Assembly: GCA_903892035.1 (NCBI GenBank)
Contig: CAITGV010000001.1
Span: forward strand, 91,624 to 155,623
From: an uncultured bacterium
GTDB taxonomy: Bacteria; Patescibacteriota; Minisyncoccia; Phycocordibacterales; UBA9973
Direction: 5' to 3'
DNA: 64,000 nt
Position 1 is the first letter of the stretch; every line of letters starts with the position of its first letter. Under the pieces are notes generated by a model. The model was not told the origin of the DNA, did not search any database, and saw only the letters and a list, made by a program, of their open reading frames with translations. Shown one piece after another: positions 48,500 to 58,690 of this stretch. Both the position numbers and the translations under genes were made by a program.

Positions 48500-49891
48500 T
48501 TAAGCAGACTTAGTATATTTTCCCTCCATATCAGTATGTTTTACTATTTGCTCAATTTTTTCACCATCACCTCTGTCATCTAGTTTTATATAAACTCCGA
48601 CCCTTTCAATCACAGGAAGTAATTGAACTTCATTGTCATAATTTCCACCACCTTTTTCAAGCTGAAACCATACCATTGTCAGTATACTGTCATTTTCTTT
48701 ATAGAGGTCCAAATTGTACCAGATAACGAAATCTAACTCACCCCAATCGCTTGAATCAATTCTAATTGAGGATTTTGGCAAAAGCTCTCCTTTTTCTCTT
48801 ACTACTTTACTTGTTTCTAGTAAACCATCTTCGTCACCACAGTATGCTCCAGACAATAAGTTTACTCTTGTATATTTAGAATCTGTTGAGTTTACAAGAT
48901 GTACTTCAAAAGTGCTATCTTCTTCATTCATTATAAATGCCACAAACGGTTTATCTATCTCTGATTTTACTTTTAGAACAGATACCATTTCTGACTCTTT
49001 CATTTTTTCTTGGAAGTCTGCAAAAGTACTAAGGCAGTCTGCGATGTGTGCCATCAGAAGAAATGTTATCATATCTTCTTTGCTGTGCTCCTCTATATTT
49101 TTAATAACCGCTTTAAACGCAGTCATATCTGCGAGAAAACTTCGTTCAAATGCAGGAATGTCATTATGTTTCCGAAGAATACCAATATCAGATTGTGTAC
49201 GTTTACACAATTCAATTACTTTCTCTGCCATAAATGAACTTTTAAACACGCGACTTATTTCATATAGAATATATGCCAAATTCCATTCAATATAAGAAAT
49301 ATGTCCTTCATCTAAAGCTTGTACCCTGTACAATTCAATATCTATTTCTAAAAGGTCTTGCCTGAGAGGACTTTCAAACCAGCATTCCAATATTGTGGCG
49401 ATAACTTTGCGAGTGTAATGGATTATTTTTTCTTTTGGGGCATTGAACCTATCAAAAGTTTTTTCTCCATCTATTTTATAATCAGCAATAAGCTCTGATG
49501 TGTTTGAGATTATATCGGCGGATTTTAAGAGTAAAGAATCATTTGAGAAAGTTTTGATATGCTCTAGTGCTTCAGCTTTTCGCTCTACCCAAGACAAAGA
49601 CTTGTCTTGCTCTGTCACACTTAAAACCAAATCAGATACTCTCTGACCAAACATATCAGTAATCATTTCTTTAGTGACTTTGTGTTCAGTCACACTATCC
49701 TCAATAGTATCGTGCAGTATTCCAGCGACTACCACATCCTCTGTAGCCCCTGTATTAGCCAGTATTAGCCCCACAGAGAGCGGATGAGTGATGTATGGGA
49801 CATCTTTGCCTTTCCTTTTTTGCTTCTGGTCCAGCTCGTGGGTTTTGATTGCTAAGTTTATTGCTTTTTGAATGCGTGATGTATATATCAT
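48500..49891 (-). CDS. SpoT/Mesh1-type HD-domain (p)ppGpp hydrolase-like domain fused to a ~270-aa unknown C-terminal domain
   Basis: YITHPLSVGLILA...AGILHDTIED...FGQRVSDLV...LLLKSADIISN matches Rel/SpoT HD-domain blocks. No synthetase domain. Confidence 0.6.
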   Translation of the reverse strand: MIYTSRIQKAINLAIKTHELDQKQKRKGKDVPYITHPLSVGLILANTGATEDVVVAGILHDTIEDSVTEHKVTKEMITDMFGQRVSDLVLSVTEQDKSLSWVERKAEALEHIKTFSNDSLLLKSADIISNTSELIADYKIDGEKTFDRFNAPKEKIIHYTRKVIATILECWFESPLRQDLLEIDIELYRVQALDEGHISYIEWNLAYILYEISRVFKSSFMAEKVIELCKRTQSDIGILRKHNDIPAFERSFLADMTAFKAVIKNIEEHSKEDMITFLLMAHIADCLSTFADFQEKMKESEMVSVLKVKSEIDKPFVAFIMNEEDSTFEVHLVNSTDSKYTRVNLLSGAYCGDEDGLLETSKVVREKGELLPKSSIRIDSSDWGELDFVIWYNLDLYKENDSILTMVWFQLEKGGGNYDNEVQLLPVIERVGVYIKLDDRGDGEKIEQIVKHTDMEGKYTKSA

Positions 49892-50142
49892 AATATTTAT
49901 AATTATTTTTATAATACTCTTAACGCAATAGTTGCGGACTAGGCAAACAAAAAAGCGACTAAGAGATTTACACCAGTACGACTTACTGATAGAAATCTCC
50001 CAACCGCTTTAACGCTAGTCAGTCATTTATAACTTGTGGCTCATCGCAGATTTCCCAACTTGCCTACCCATTTAAGGGAGATATAAACGGTCTGATTTGC
50101 TTGCTCAGACTACAATGTTTCTAATAAAGAACTACACTTACA

Positions 50143-51639
50143 CTATATCACAGAAAGCAGATGCTTCCAAATCGCATACATCGCATATGTATCTAGCTTG
50201 CAATACTTTAAAAGGTCCTGAATCTGAGTTTGCTTATCAGTTTCACTGTATTGGTCTGTGACAATCTTATTCCAAGTATCTGAAGCCACAGCCCCATTTT
50301 GTATGCCAAGCTCTTTATAACTCAAATCCGAGAGCGTAGGCAACACAAATTTGATAGAAGTCTTACCTTTAAATCCCTTGTGAACATACATCTGTTTTTT
50401 AAACACATCTTCCAAATCAACAACTTTTGAGTTTAAGTTTTCTAAGAAATCTTTATATTCAGGGTTTCTTTCAACAAGCTTATTATTGATACCCATTTCA
50501 AAACTTTTATTCCAGACAATTATAGAGCCAGTTTTCGGTAGCTGTTTCTGTAGAGCTTCTATAAATTCTATGTCGGGCTTTGTTGATTCGGAGAATATAA
50601 ATTCGCTGTGGGCTGGCTCTATACTTTCTTCGCTTGCTATATGCAAGGAAAATTGAAATGGTATCTGGTTGAATGGACCATAGCCAGAAAATCTAGGGAT
50701 AGCTGATGGAAATGTCTCGTAATCTAAAAATGATATTGGATACTTAATCGTCTCAAGAAATTCACTGATTGCATTTTTATCAATCAATTTCTTGTCTATC
50801 TGTGCAACTTGAACCTGATTCTTTTGAATATCACTTAGCTCAAAGTCCTCTGGTACCTCTAGTATAGAAAACTTCTCTAGGTTCATATCTACAAGGTCCT
50901 CAAGTTTTTTCTTTGATAAACCGATGCGGGCTATGTCGTGAATGCTGTAATCAGAAACATCAGGATTGGAATACTTGAAAGTCGTACAGTGTGAGCTTCT
51001 ACCTCTGGTGATACATTTACACTCTCCGTGCGGTTCTTCAGTCTGAGATAGTACACCAAAGGCACTATCCATATCAGAGCTGACAGCATCAATAATACCG
51101 TTTACTTTGTCTGTAAAATCTTCTTTAGTAAGTAGCCCATTTAAATCAATGTCTCCCGCACGAATATATTCTTTATTTAAACGCACGAGATATAGTTTGT
51201 TTATAGGTATATTATTTTCTTTCAAAACAACATACTGAAAAGCTAAATCGTTAGAATAGATTTCATCTTTTGCTTTCTTGTTTTCTCCACTATTGGAAGC
51301 CTTTACTTCATAAACATCATACGCTCCTACTTCACTGTTCCAGACAAAAATATCAGAAATCATTTTAAACTTTTCTGTTTCAAATACTGGCTGATATATA
51401 ACTGGTGTTTTCTTTTCAATCAAACTTTTGGTCAATTCTGTATCATCTCTATCTTCCACCAAAACACCATTTGGAAACAACCCTCGTGCGAGCGTATCCA
51501 CATCATTACCAGTCTCAATAATCATCATTTCAAACTCTGAAAGTGGCTGTGATTTATACACCTCAGGCTTGTGAATCTTCAGCCAAGCATTCTTACCGCA
51601 ATCTTGGTATATAAGATAGTTTGTTTTTGATAGTTTCAT
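50143..51639 (-). CDS. DUF2779-like predicted dual nuclease (N-terminal PD-(D/E)xK plus C-terminal DnaQ-like exonuclease motifs)
   Basis: N-terminus LSKTNYLIYQDCGKNAWL. D..YEVK motif. C-terminal FLDYETF and YCKLDTYAMY. 3-nt gap to the RM gene. Confidence 0.45.
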   Translation of the reverse strand: MKLSKTNYLIYQDCGKNAWLKIHKPEVYKSQPLSEFEMMIIETGNDVDTLARGLFPNGVLVEDRDDTELTKSLIEKKTPVIYQPVFETEKFKMISDIFVWNSEVGAYDVYEVKASNSGENKKAKDEIYSNDLAFQYVVLKENNIPINKLYLVRLNKEYIRAGDIDLNGLLTKEDFTDKVNGIIDAVSSDMDSAFGVLSQTEEPHGECKCITRGRSSHCTTFKYSNPDVSDYSIHDIARIGLSKKKLEDLVDMNLEKFSILEVPEDFELSDIQKNQVQVAQIDKKLIDKNAISEFLETIKYPISFLDYETFPSAIPRFSGYGPFNQIPFQFSLHIASEESIEPAHSEFIFSESTKPDIEFIEALQKQLPKTGSIIVWNKSFEMGINNKLVERNPEYKDFLENLNSKVVDLEDVFKKQMYVHKGFKGKTSIKFVLPTLSDLSYKELGIQNGAVASDTWNKIVTDQYSETDKQTQIQDLLKYCKLDTYAMYAIWKHLLSVI

Positions 51640-51641
51640 AA

Positions 51642-53921
51642 CTATTTCAACAGCTCATATTTAAACAATTTTGGTGTGATATATCTTGCGTAGTAGTTCT
51701 TAAGTTTCTTTTTAAGATTCTCTAATTCACCATTGAGTGTTGAGTAGTGATAAACTATTTTATTATTTTCATCTTTCTCCGATGTATTTAATTCCATTTC
51801 AATTTGGTAAGGACCGTACGCTAATTTTTTACTATAGTTTTCTGTCTTCTTAGCTTCAACTAAAACAGCTTCCCATATCTTTACTAATTCTTTTTCGTCA
51901 CCATTTAATTTGAATTTTTCAAGCTGTTTACTTGCTAGTGTGTCATTATCAAAACACAATTCATTTTTATAGAATCGTTTGTCGCTACCAGTAAAAGAAA
52001 TACATTTATTGTATCGAGATAAACATGCAAAGATAAAGCATGATTTCAAGAAGTCTTTATCTTTTGTGTATTTATCACCACCATCACCAGTGGTAAAATA
52101 AACATCTTTTTCATACCACTTTTCTTGAGGGTAAAGTTTTGCTGAAAAAAGTGGTAATTTTTCAAAGTAATTATCGTCTCGCAAATAAAAACCATTTTTT
52201 CTTAAATTTATAGTTGTCCTTGTTAAATTTTTTGCTTGTCCATTAAACATCAAACCGACTAAGTGTAAGTAAGCGATTATATTTTTATTGTAAATATTTT
52301 CTGTAGCAGTGCTTTTCTGTTTTGGTGCTTCATAACCATCCGCTCCACACCAAACACCATTAGTAATATCATCCTTTAGTACTCTTCTGTCAAAATAAAC
52401 TTCATTCGGTGATTTATAACATTTACGAATGATTATGTCTTGAATTTGAAAAATCGTATCATCAGAAACATCAGCTGTATTTTTTGTGTTAATATCAAAA
52501 GCATTCAAAGTAAAATTTTCCTGATTTTTGTCAAAATTTTGCCACAAAATGCAAGAGATTGTTGATGGAGAAGCATGAAAAAATTTGCGATTAAAAGCAA
52601 AACCAAGTTTAAATGTTTTGTTTACAAGTCCAATATTTTTAAAGTATTTTACTGGACTGAATAAAATATAACTATCGGTAGGTTGCCTCAAGTAATAATG
52701 AAACCCAGACCATATAAATAAGTTGGCTAATTCCTTTGATGGAACATTTCCTTTCATTTTTGATTTAAAATTTTTCTTAAATTCAGTTGAAATAAAAGAA
52801 TTTTTACCAACATTACGAGATACTCCAGTTTCCATCGTATCCCCAGAAGCATCACTATATGGTGGGTTCTCAAATAAAATTACCGTACATTTTGAATTAT
52901 CAGTATATTGTTTAATAATTTCATTATTTACAAAATCTTCACTAAGAGCGTCTGCATTTACCACAAAGCCAGCAGAAAATTCTACGTTGTCATCAGTTGG
53001 TGGAATAATATGACGAACACGTCCATTGAAACGTTCTAACAAAACCTTGTATTCATAATATTCATAAGTACTAACAATGGTGTGCTCAAGTTCTTCACTA
53101 GAAAGCTCTGCTTCCAAATTTCCAGTCCCCGCACATCGGTCTAAAATAATATAATCATTACCCTTAGGAACAAGCTTGATTGCTTCACGAACAAGCTCTA
53201 CAGATTTTTTTGCATAAGCAGGTGGAGTAAAGAATGCACCGAGTTCTTTTTTTATCAAATTATCATTCAACTTATCCATCAAATACTTAAATTTGATGTT
53301 TGTTTTTTCCTTAAATGGCAGAATATAGTCCTTGAACTTTATTGGTTTGCGAATTTCGCCACCGTCTTTATCATCAAGATAATCACTTTTCTTTGCAGTT
53401 GGATTTTCTCGGTAAAATTTTTCCGCCCATCCAACAATACAATCCTCATCAATTTTTATTTTAGTGAAATTATTTTCTTTTAGTATTTTTAAAATCTTGT
53501 CTGCACCCATACCCGTAGAGTAGTCAATTTCTATTGGCTGTTTTTTTATTACAAAACCATCATTATTTTTACTTGCTCCACCATAATAAATTTGGTGAAT
53601 TTCTTCAAAATAATCTCCGCTATCAAAAATATTTGCCTTGCTCTGATTCAACGAAATAAGCAAAATATTTTTGGGCACTGGATTACCAGTAATTCTTAGT
53701 CGTGAAAGATACTTAATTGCCTGAAAAAGTACTTGCTGTGTGTTGTTGATGTTTAATTTAAATTCAAAAATATTCCCTTTATTAACACCATCGGTGTTAG
53801 CAATTAAAATATCATTTTCATCAATGTTTATTCCAAAATTCTTGAAAAAGTGAAGTTGACCTTCCCGTTCAGTGGTAAAAGTTTTATTTAGTGTTTTTTT
53901 ATTTTTAGTTTCTGTTTTCAT
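51642..53921 (-). CDS. type IIG/IIL restriction-modification enzyme (PD-ExK nuclease fused to gamma-class N6-adenine methyltransferase and TRD)
   Basis: N-terminal D..EFK motif. GAFFTPP (motif X), DRCAGTGN (motif I), NPPY (motif IV). ORF open to 53972. Confidence 0.65.
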   Translation of the reverse strand: MKTETKNKKTLNKTFTTEREGQLHFFKNFGINIDENDILIANTDGVNKGNIFEFKLNINNTQQVLFQAIKYLSRLRITGNPVPKNILLISLNQSKANIFDSGDYFEEIHQIYYGGASKNNDGFVIKKQPIEIDYSTGMGADKILKILKENNFTKIKIDEDCIVGWAEKFYRENPTAKKSDYLDDKDGGEIRKPIKFKDYILPFKEKTNIKFKYLMDKLNDNLIKKELGAFFTPPAYAKKSVELVREAIKLVPKGNDYIILDRCAGTGNLEAELSSEELEHTIVSTYEYYEYKVLLERFNGRVRHIIPPTDDNVEFSAGFVVNADALSEDFVNNEIIKQYTDNSKCTVILFENPPYSDASGDTMETGVSRNVGKNSFISTEFKKNFKSKMKGNVPSKELANLFIWSGFHYYLRQPTDSYILFSPVKYFKNIGLVNKTFKLGFAFNRKFFHASPSTISCILWQNFDKNQENFTLNAFDINTKNTADVSDDTIFQIQDIIIRKCYKSPNEVYFDRRVLKDDITNGVWCGADGYEAPKQKSTATENIYNKNIIAYLHLVGLMFNGQAKNLTRTTINLRKNGFYLRDDNYFEKLPLFSAKLYPQEKWYEKDVYFTTGDGGDKYTKDKDFLKSCFIFACLSRYNKCISFTGSDKRFYKNELCFDNDTLASKQLEKFKLNGDEKELVKIWEAVLVEAKKTENYSKKLAYGPYQIEMELNTSEKDENNKIVYHYSTLNGELENLKKKLKNYYARYITPKLFKYELLK

Positions 53922-54046
53922 AGGCATCCGTACTGAGATGCCTAAAAACAAAATAGGCACCCCGAGTAGCAAGGTGCCCCAAGATAACAGCTTTCGCCGT
54001 TGGTCCTGATTCCCTGACTAGGGTGCCCATTATGGGCAGGACCAAC
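53922..54046. other. cluster of nested GC-rich hairpins in the divergent intergenic region
   Basis: AGGCATC/GATGCCT, GGCACC/GGTGCC, and GTTGGTCCTG/CAGGACCAAC enclosing CCCT..AGGG and CCCA..TGGG. Confidence 0.45.
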
Positions 54047-54170
54047 AACAAAAAGCATAAAACTTCTTGAAAAACTATTATCTTGGGGCAACATAAATAT
54101 AGCAAAAAATACTTAATTTTACCAGTCAAATATGATAAAATGTCTTTGTTTTCAATAAACCACCATTACA

Positions 54171-55283
54171 ATGAATAAACTGCATTCAAAACTATATACT
54201 GCAAAAAAACTCCTACTGAGCCATTTGGAAGTGAACGGTAAAAGAAACACTTTCTCTAAGCTAGATTTTTCAAAAAGCACTCTAACCGCTTTAGAGCAAG
54301 ATGGGCTAATAAAATTTGATAAGCCTTTATTGAGCAAGAAATATATCAATAATTATCAAAGTGCCAGAAAAACATTTGAAAGCATACAAGAAAAAAAGCG
54401 TCTAGCTTCTCTTTCTTTTGGTGGACCTCGAAGCTCGTATGGTCTTGAGCAGACAAAGAAAGAATTTGAAAATTATCTAGCTGATAAATACTGTAGTCTC
54501 GGAAAAGGGCTATATGAAAAACTTCAAGAAAGCCCAGAGATTGAAATTGACCACTTAAGTTTTCAGAGTATCGCAACGAAAGATTTTGCAAACGATTCTT
54601 TAAGTTTTAACCTAGAATTTTCACCTGAAAAAATACAAGAGTTTTTGAATGAGAAAATGGATTTGTTTATTACAGACGAGTTAGAATTGTCTGATGACCA
54701 AGCCCATAGATTTTTAAGCTATGAGAAACAAAAAGAGCAGTTTTCTATTGGTATTGTGAAGCTAACAAATACTGGATATTCTGCAAATAATTTAAAGATA
54801 GATTATATGCAGATTTTTAAGAAAGAGGATTTATTGCAAACAAACTTTGTTGAAACAGCTCTAGCTATGGAAAGAGAGGGATTGATAGAGGTAAAAAATA
54901 TCATAGAAACAACGCCAGCAAACCCTGTAGTTATAACTAGTCAAGATGTATTTAAATATCCTACGATTATACAGCTTAAGGTTCTTGGTAAATTCTCGCC
55001 TTACTATGAACAAGTTTATAAGAAATACTCACCTAAAACACAGGAATCAACCCAAGAAGCCTTAACGCCAAACAATAAGAAATTGAAACTACTTGAAAAA
55101 TTGAAAGAGGAAAAAGATTTAATGCCTAAATGGAAAACAGTTATGGATATTCATCCCCCTAAATTCTCTAGTTGGATGAGAGAGTGCGGTATTGATGACT
55201 ACACCCAGCTAAGAAATATTCTTGATAGTCTTCAAGAAGAAGAATTACTTATTTCTATTAAGTCTGTTAATCCAGCTATGTGA
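54171..55283 (+). CDS. hypothetical protein (cargo of the integrated element)
   Basis: 370-aa ORF with no recognised motif. Confidence 0.35.
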   Translation: MNKLHSKLYTAKKLLLSHLEVNGKRNTFSKLDFSKSTLTALEQDGLIKFDKPLLSKKYINNYQSARKTFESIQEKKRLASLSFGGPRSSYGLEQTKKEFENYLADKYCSLGKGLYEKLQESPEIEIDHLSFQSIATKDFANDSLSFNLEFSPEKIQEFLNEKMDLFITDELELSDDQAHRFLSYEKQKEQFSIGIVKLTNTGYSANNLKIDYMQIFKKEDLLQTNFVETALAMEREGLIEVKNIIETTPANPVVITSQDVFKYPTIIQLKVLGKFSPYYEQVYKKYSPKTQESTQEALTPNNKKLKLLEKLKEEKDLMPKWKTVMDIHPPKFSSWMRECGIDDYTQLRNILDSLQEEELLISIKSVNPAM

Positions 55284-55801
55284 TGATGAATTATCTACAA
55301 ATACAATTTCCTGAAGACTTTGAGAAAAGGTATAAAAAATACAAGGACCAGATTTTGCATTCCTCTACTAAAAATACTTTCTCAAAGATACCCTCAGATG
55401 AACCAACAGTTGCCACCCAAGAAACAGAAAATCAAAAAGGTGTTAAATCAAACCCTGAATCAGGCAAGAAAATGGCTTCAATTGAGTATAACCCAATCAC
55501 TGGTGATGGAATTGTAAATACAACAAGTTTTAAATTCAAAGACCACCAGCCTGAATATAGGTTATTTAAACTTCTGTGCGAAAAGGTTAATAATAAAATT
55601 CAACGCTATGACGTTCTTGTAGCAATCCATTTTTATGAAGATGGTGCAGATGTTGAACCAGCTAGAAAGTCTCTTGAGACTGAAGAAATAAATAAAGTTG
55701 TTAAAAAAATCAGAGGGAAAACTGGGCTTACTACAAAACAGCTAGTAAATAACAATGGAAATGTAACATTACTCGGGAATATAGTACCAAATCAAACCTA
55801 A
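55280..55801 (+). CDS. hypothetical protein
   Basis: Overlaps the upstream stop by 4 nt. No motif. Confidence 0.3.
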   Translation: MMMNYLQIQFPEDFEKRYKKYKDQILHSSTKNTFSKIPSDEPTVATQETENQKGVKSNPESGKKMASIEYNPITGDGIVNTTSFKFKDHQPEYRLFKLLCEKVNNKIQRYDVLVAIHFYEDGADVEPARKSLETEEINKVVKKIRGKTGLTTKQLVNNNGNVTLLGNIVPNQT

Positions 55802-56167
55802 AACCATACTGAATCTAGTCTAAATCGCATCTAACTCGAATAAGTGAATAAATATAGGATGATACTAAGCCTATATTTTTTTTGGCTGGGGAAATCTTGA
55901 ACCCCCTGTAAGCCCTTTGCTTACTCGGCAGGTGCCTCACGGCGTTCAAGAACCTACCGAGTAAATAGTGGGCTTGCCTATGTTACCAGAACAAGCCATA
56001 ACAGAATACAAGAAGCTCTACGAAGCCCGTTACGGCGTCGTTTTAAGCGATGCTGAGGCATCGTTGCGGGCGAATAACCTTGTAAATTTCTATAAGGCTA
56101 CTTTGGGGTCGGAACATCCAAATACAACGAAAGTGGTCGATGAACCTCGTTGTAATTATTAACAAAT

Positions 56168-56515
56168 ATGGCAAAAATAAATTGTCATAAAATTTACAGC
56201 AGTATGAGCTACACAGTAAAAGAACTAGCAAACGAGTTAGGAATATCAGAAAAAACAATTTTCCGTTGGATTGAAAATGGTTTAAGAATTGTAGATGGAA
56301 GCAAGAAACCCATCCTGATAATGGGTGTGGAAGTAAAAGATTTTACAAGAAGAAAAGATTCAAAAAAGAAAGTAGGTAAAATTAAAAGGAATGAGTTTTT
56401 GTGCCTAACGTGTAAGAAAGGGAGACGTGCAAAAAGAGGTTCAATTAAGAAACTGAAGAGCAAGAAACTAGGAGAATGTTATGTCTGTAACGGGAAAATG
56501 AGCAGAACAATCTAG
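56168..56515 (+). CDS. excisionase/MerR-like HTH protein with C-terminal zinc ribbon
   Basis: YTVKELANELGISEKTIFRWIENG HTH and CLTC..CYVC. Immediately upstream of the tyrosine integrase. Confidence 0.45.
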   Translation: MAKINCHKIYSSMSYTVKELANELGISEKTIFRWIENGLRIVDGSKKPILIMGVEVKDFTRRKDSKKKVGKIKRNEFLCLTCKKGRRAKRGSIKKLKSKKLGECYVCNGKMSRTI

Positions 56516-56594
56516 CTCGACCAAAAGGACTATGTAGTATTGTCTCTTCTAGTTTAAATGTCCATTATTAACTATTAACGCATCTATTAAAATT

Positions 56595-57701
56595 ATGACA
56601 AAAACAACGCTCGAAAATGAGCAAATAAAGAGGGATTTTTTTGACCAACTAAAGGGAGCAAAAGGGTTTGCAAAAAGCTCAGTAGTAGCTTTTTCAGATG
56701 CAATATCCCAGTGGCAAAAATTCACTGAAAATGAAAGTTTTTCAAAGTTTACTAAAGAAGAAGCGACAGCTTTTGTGGAGTGGTTAAGCACCAAGCCATC
56801 TAAAACAAAAACTGGTAAAATCGCTCTAGTTACTCAAGACAATTATCTTCGCAGAGTGAAGAAGTTTTTTGAGTGGCTGTCTGAGCAATCGGGATATAAA
56901 AGCAAAATATCAAAAAATGAAGTAGAGTGGCTGAGGCTTTCCAAGACCGATGCTCGTATTGCAAGAATGGGGACTACCCGCACAGAGCCTGTATTTGAGG
57001 AGGTAAAAAAAGTTATAGAAAGTATAAAAGGTAAAAGTGAAGTAGATATGAGGGATAGAGCCATTATTTCTCTAGCATTGATTACAGGGGCTCGTATTTC
57101 CGCCATTACCTCTTTGAAAATGCGTAGCTTCGACAAGAAAAAGAATGTCGTGTATCAAAGTCCAAAAGATGGTATTAAAACAAAAAGCTCAAAGCTGATA
57201 GCTACCTTGATTTTCCCTATTGAATGGCGTGAACCAGAAAGATATTTTGTCGAATGGTATGAGTATCTAGAGTCAAAAGGTTTCCGCCCAGATGACCCTA
57301 TTTTCCCAGCAACATTTAATGATATAGGTAATAAAAATACTAGCAAAGCAGTGGTCAGCAAGCGTTTTTGGAGTAATGCTAACTCTGCACGAAATATCTT
57401 TAAAACAAGATGTTTGGATGCTGGCATTCCTTACTTCAATCCTCACTCCTTTCGTCACCTAATTGTGGGTATGTGGATGGAGGAGATACTTCCCGAGAAA
57501 TATAAAAAGGCTATCAGCCTGAATCTTGGTCACGAAAGTGTTTCTACTACCTTTGATTCATATGGTCATAGTAATATGACCCAAAATGAGGTCTTTGGAA
57601 TTATTAAAAATCTCAAGAATTTAAAAGCAGAGAGTAAAAGCACTTCGATAACACAAGAAGAAAGGGAGGCTATCGAGAAGCTACTTAAAAGAAGTGCATA
57701 A
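56595..57701 (+). CDS. tyrosine site-specific integrase
   Basis: N-terminal SAM-like domain. Catalytic R (ITGARIS), HSFRHL (HxxR) and the SYGH Tyr motif. Confidence 0.8.
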   Translation: MTKTTLENEQIKRDFFDQLKGAKGFAKSSVVAFSDAISQWQKFTENESFSKFTKEEATAFVEWLSTKPSKTKTGKIALVTQDNYLRRVKKFFEWLSEQSGYKSKISKNEVEWLRLSKTDARIARMGTTRTEPVFEEVKKVIESIKGKSEVDMRDRAIISLALITGARISAITSLKMRSFDKKKNVVYQSPKDGIKTKSSKLIATLIFPIEWREPERYFVEWYEYLESKGFRPDDPIFPATFNDIGNKNTSKAVVSKRFWSNANSARNIFKTRCLDAGIPYFNPHSFRHLIVGMWMEEILPEKYKKAISLNLGHESVSTTFDSYGHSNMTQNEVFGIIKNLKNLKAESKSTSITQEEREAIEKLLKRSA

Positions 57702-57742
57702 CACCACTTGCTATGTAAAGAATAGTAAAGTATACTAGATAT

Positions 57743-58690
57743 ATGAATAATAATAAATTGGGTAAATTAAGCAAGGTAGACTTGCGGGAAATTTGGAAAA
57801 ATGAAGAGTATGACTTTTCAGCTTGGCTGGCTGAAGAAGAAAATCTTGCTCTTTTGTCCGACGAACTTGGTGTTTCAATAAAATTGATTGAGAGAGAAGC
57901 GGGTGTTGGAAAATACAGCTTGGATATTTTAGCGGAAGAGGAAGGCACGGGGCATAAAATCGTGATAGAGAACCAACTTGAAAATACTGACCACGACCAT
58001 TTGGGAAAAATCATCACGTACTCTGCTGGGCACGATGCGAAAATCATCGTTTGGATTTTCAAAGACATCTGTGAAGAGCACCGCAGTGCGATTGACTGGC
58101 TCAACGACAACACAGGCGATGACCTTCACTTTTTCGCTGTGAAGTTGGAAGTATGGAAAATCAACGAATCCGAATCAGCTCCGAAGTTTCAAATAATTTG
58201 TAAGCCGAACGAGTGGAAAAAAATTGTAAAACATAGTTCGGGAAGTAAGGATTTGGGAAGTACTGAATTGAAAAAACTTGATTTTTGGACAAAACTCAAA
58301 TCATACGCTTTAGATAAAAAAGTAACTCTATTCACACGAACACCCAACCCGTATCACTGGTATGATATATCTATTGGAACTTCTGGAGCTCATATTTCAC
58401 TCACTATCGGTATTAGAGAAAGTAAAATTGGTTGTGAACTTTATATTGACGATAACAAGCCCTTATTTGAGCATCTCAAAACAAAAAAGATGGAGCTTGA
58501 AGGACAGCTCAACGGGAAGCTTGAGTGGATAGTAGCAGAAAAGGCGTGTCGCATCGTGTTACGAAAAGAAAATGCCAACTTGGATGATGAAGAAAATACC
58601 AGCACCTTATTTGATTGGATGATTGAAAAAGCGGTCGTTTTTCATAAAGTATTTAGTCCGTTAGTAAAGCAATACAAAAATGAGCAATAA
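57743..58690 (+). CDS. hypothetical protein with PD-(D/E)xK-like core (possible DUF4268-like)
   Basis: YSLDILAEEEGTGHKIVIENQLENTDHDHLGKIITY block. Confidence 0.35.
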   Translation: MNNNKLGKLSKVDLREIWKNEEYDFSAWLAEEENLALLSDELGVSIKLIEREAGVGKYSLDILAEEEGTGHKIVIENQLENTDHDHLGKIITYSAGHDAKIIVWIFKDICEEHRSAIDWLNDNTGDDLHFFAVKLEVWKINESESAPKFQIICKPNEWKKIVKHSSGSKDLGSTELKKLDFWTKLKSYALDKKVTLFTRTPNPYHWYDISIGTSGAHISLTIGIRESKIGCELYIDDNKPLFEHLKTKKMELEGQLNGKLEWIVAEKACRIVLRKENANLDDEENTSTLFDWMIEKAVVFHKVFSPLVKQYKNEQ

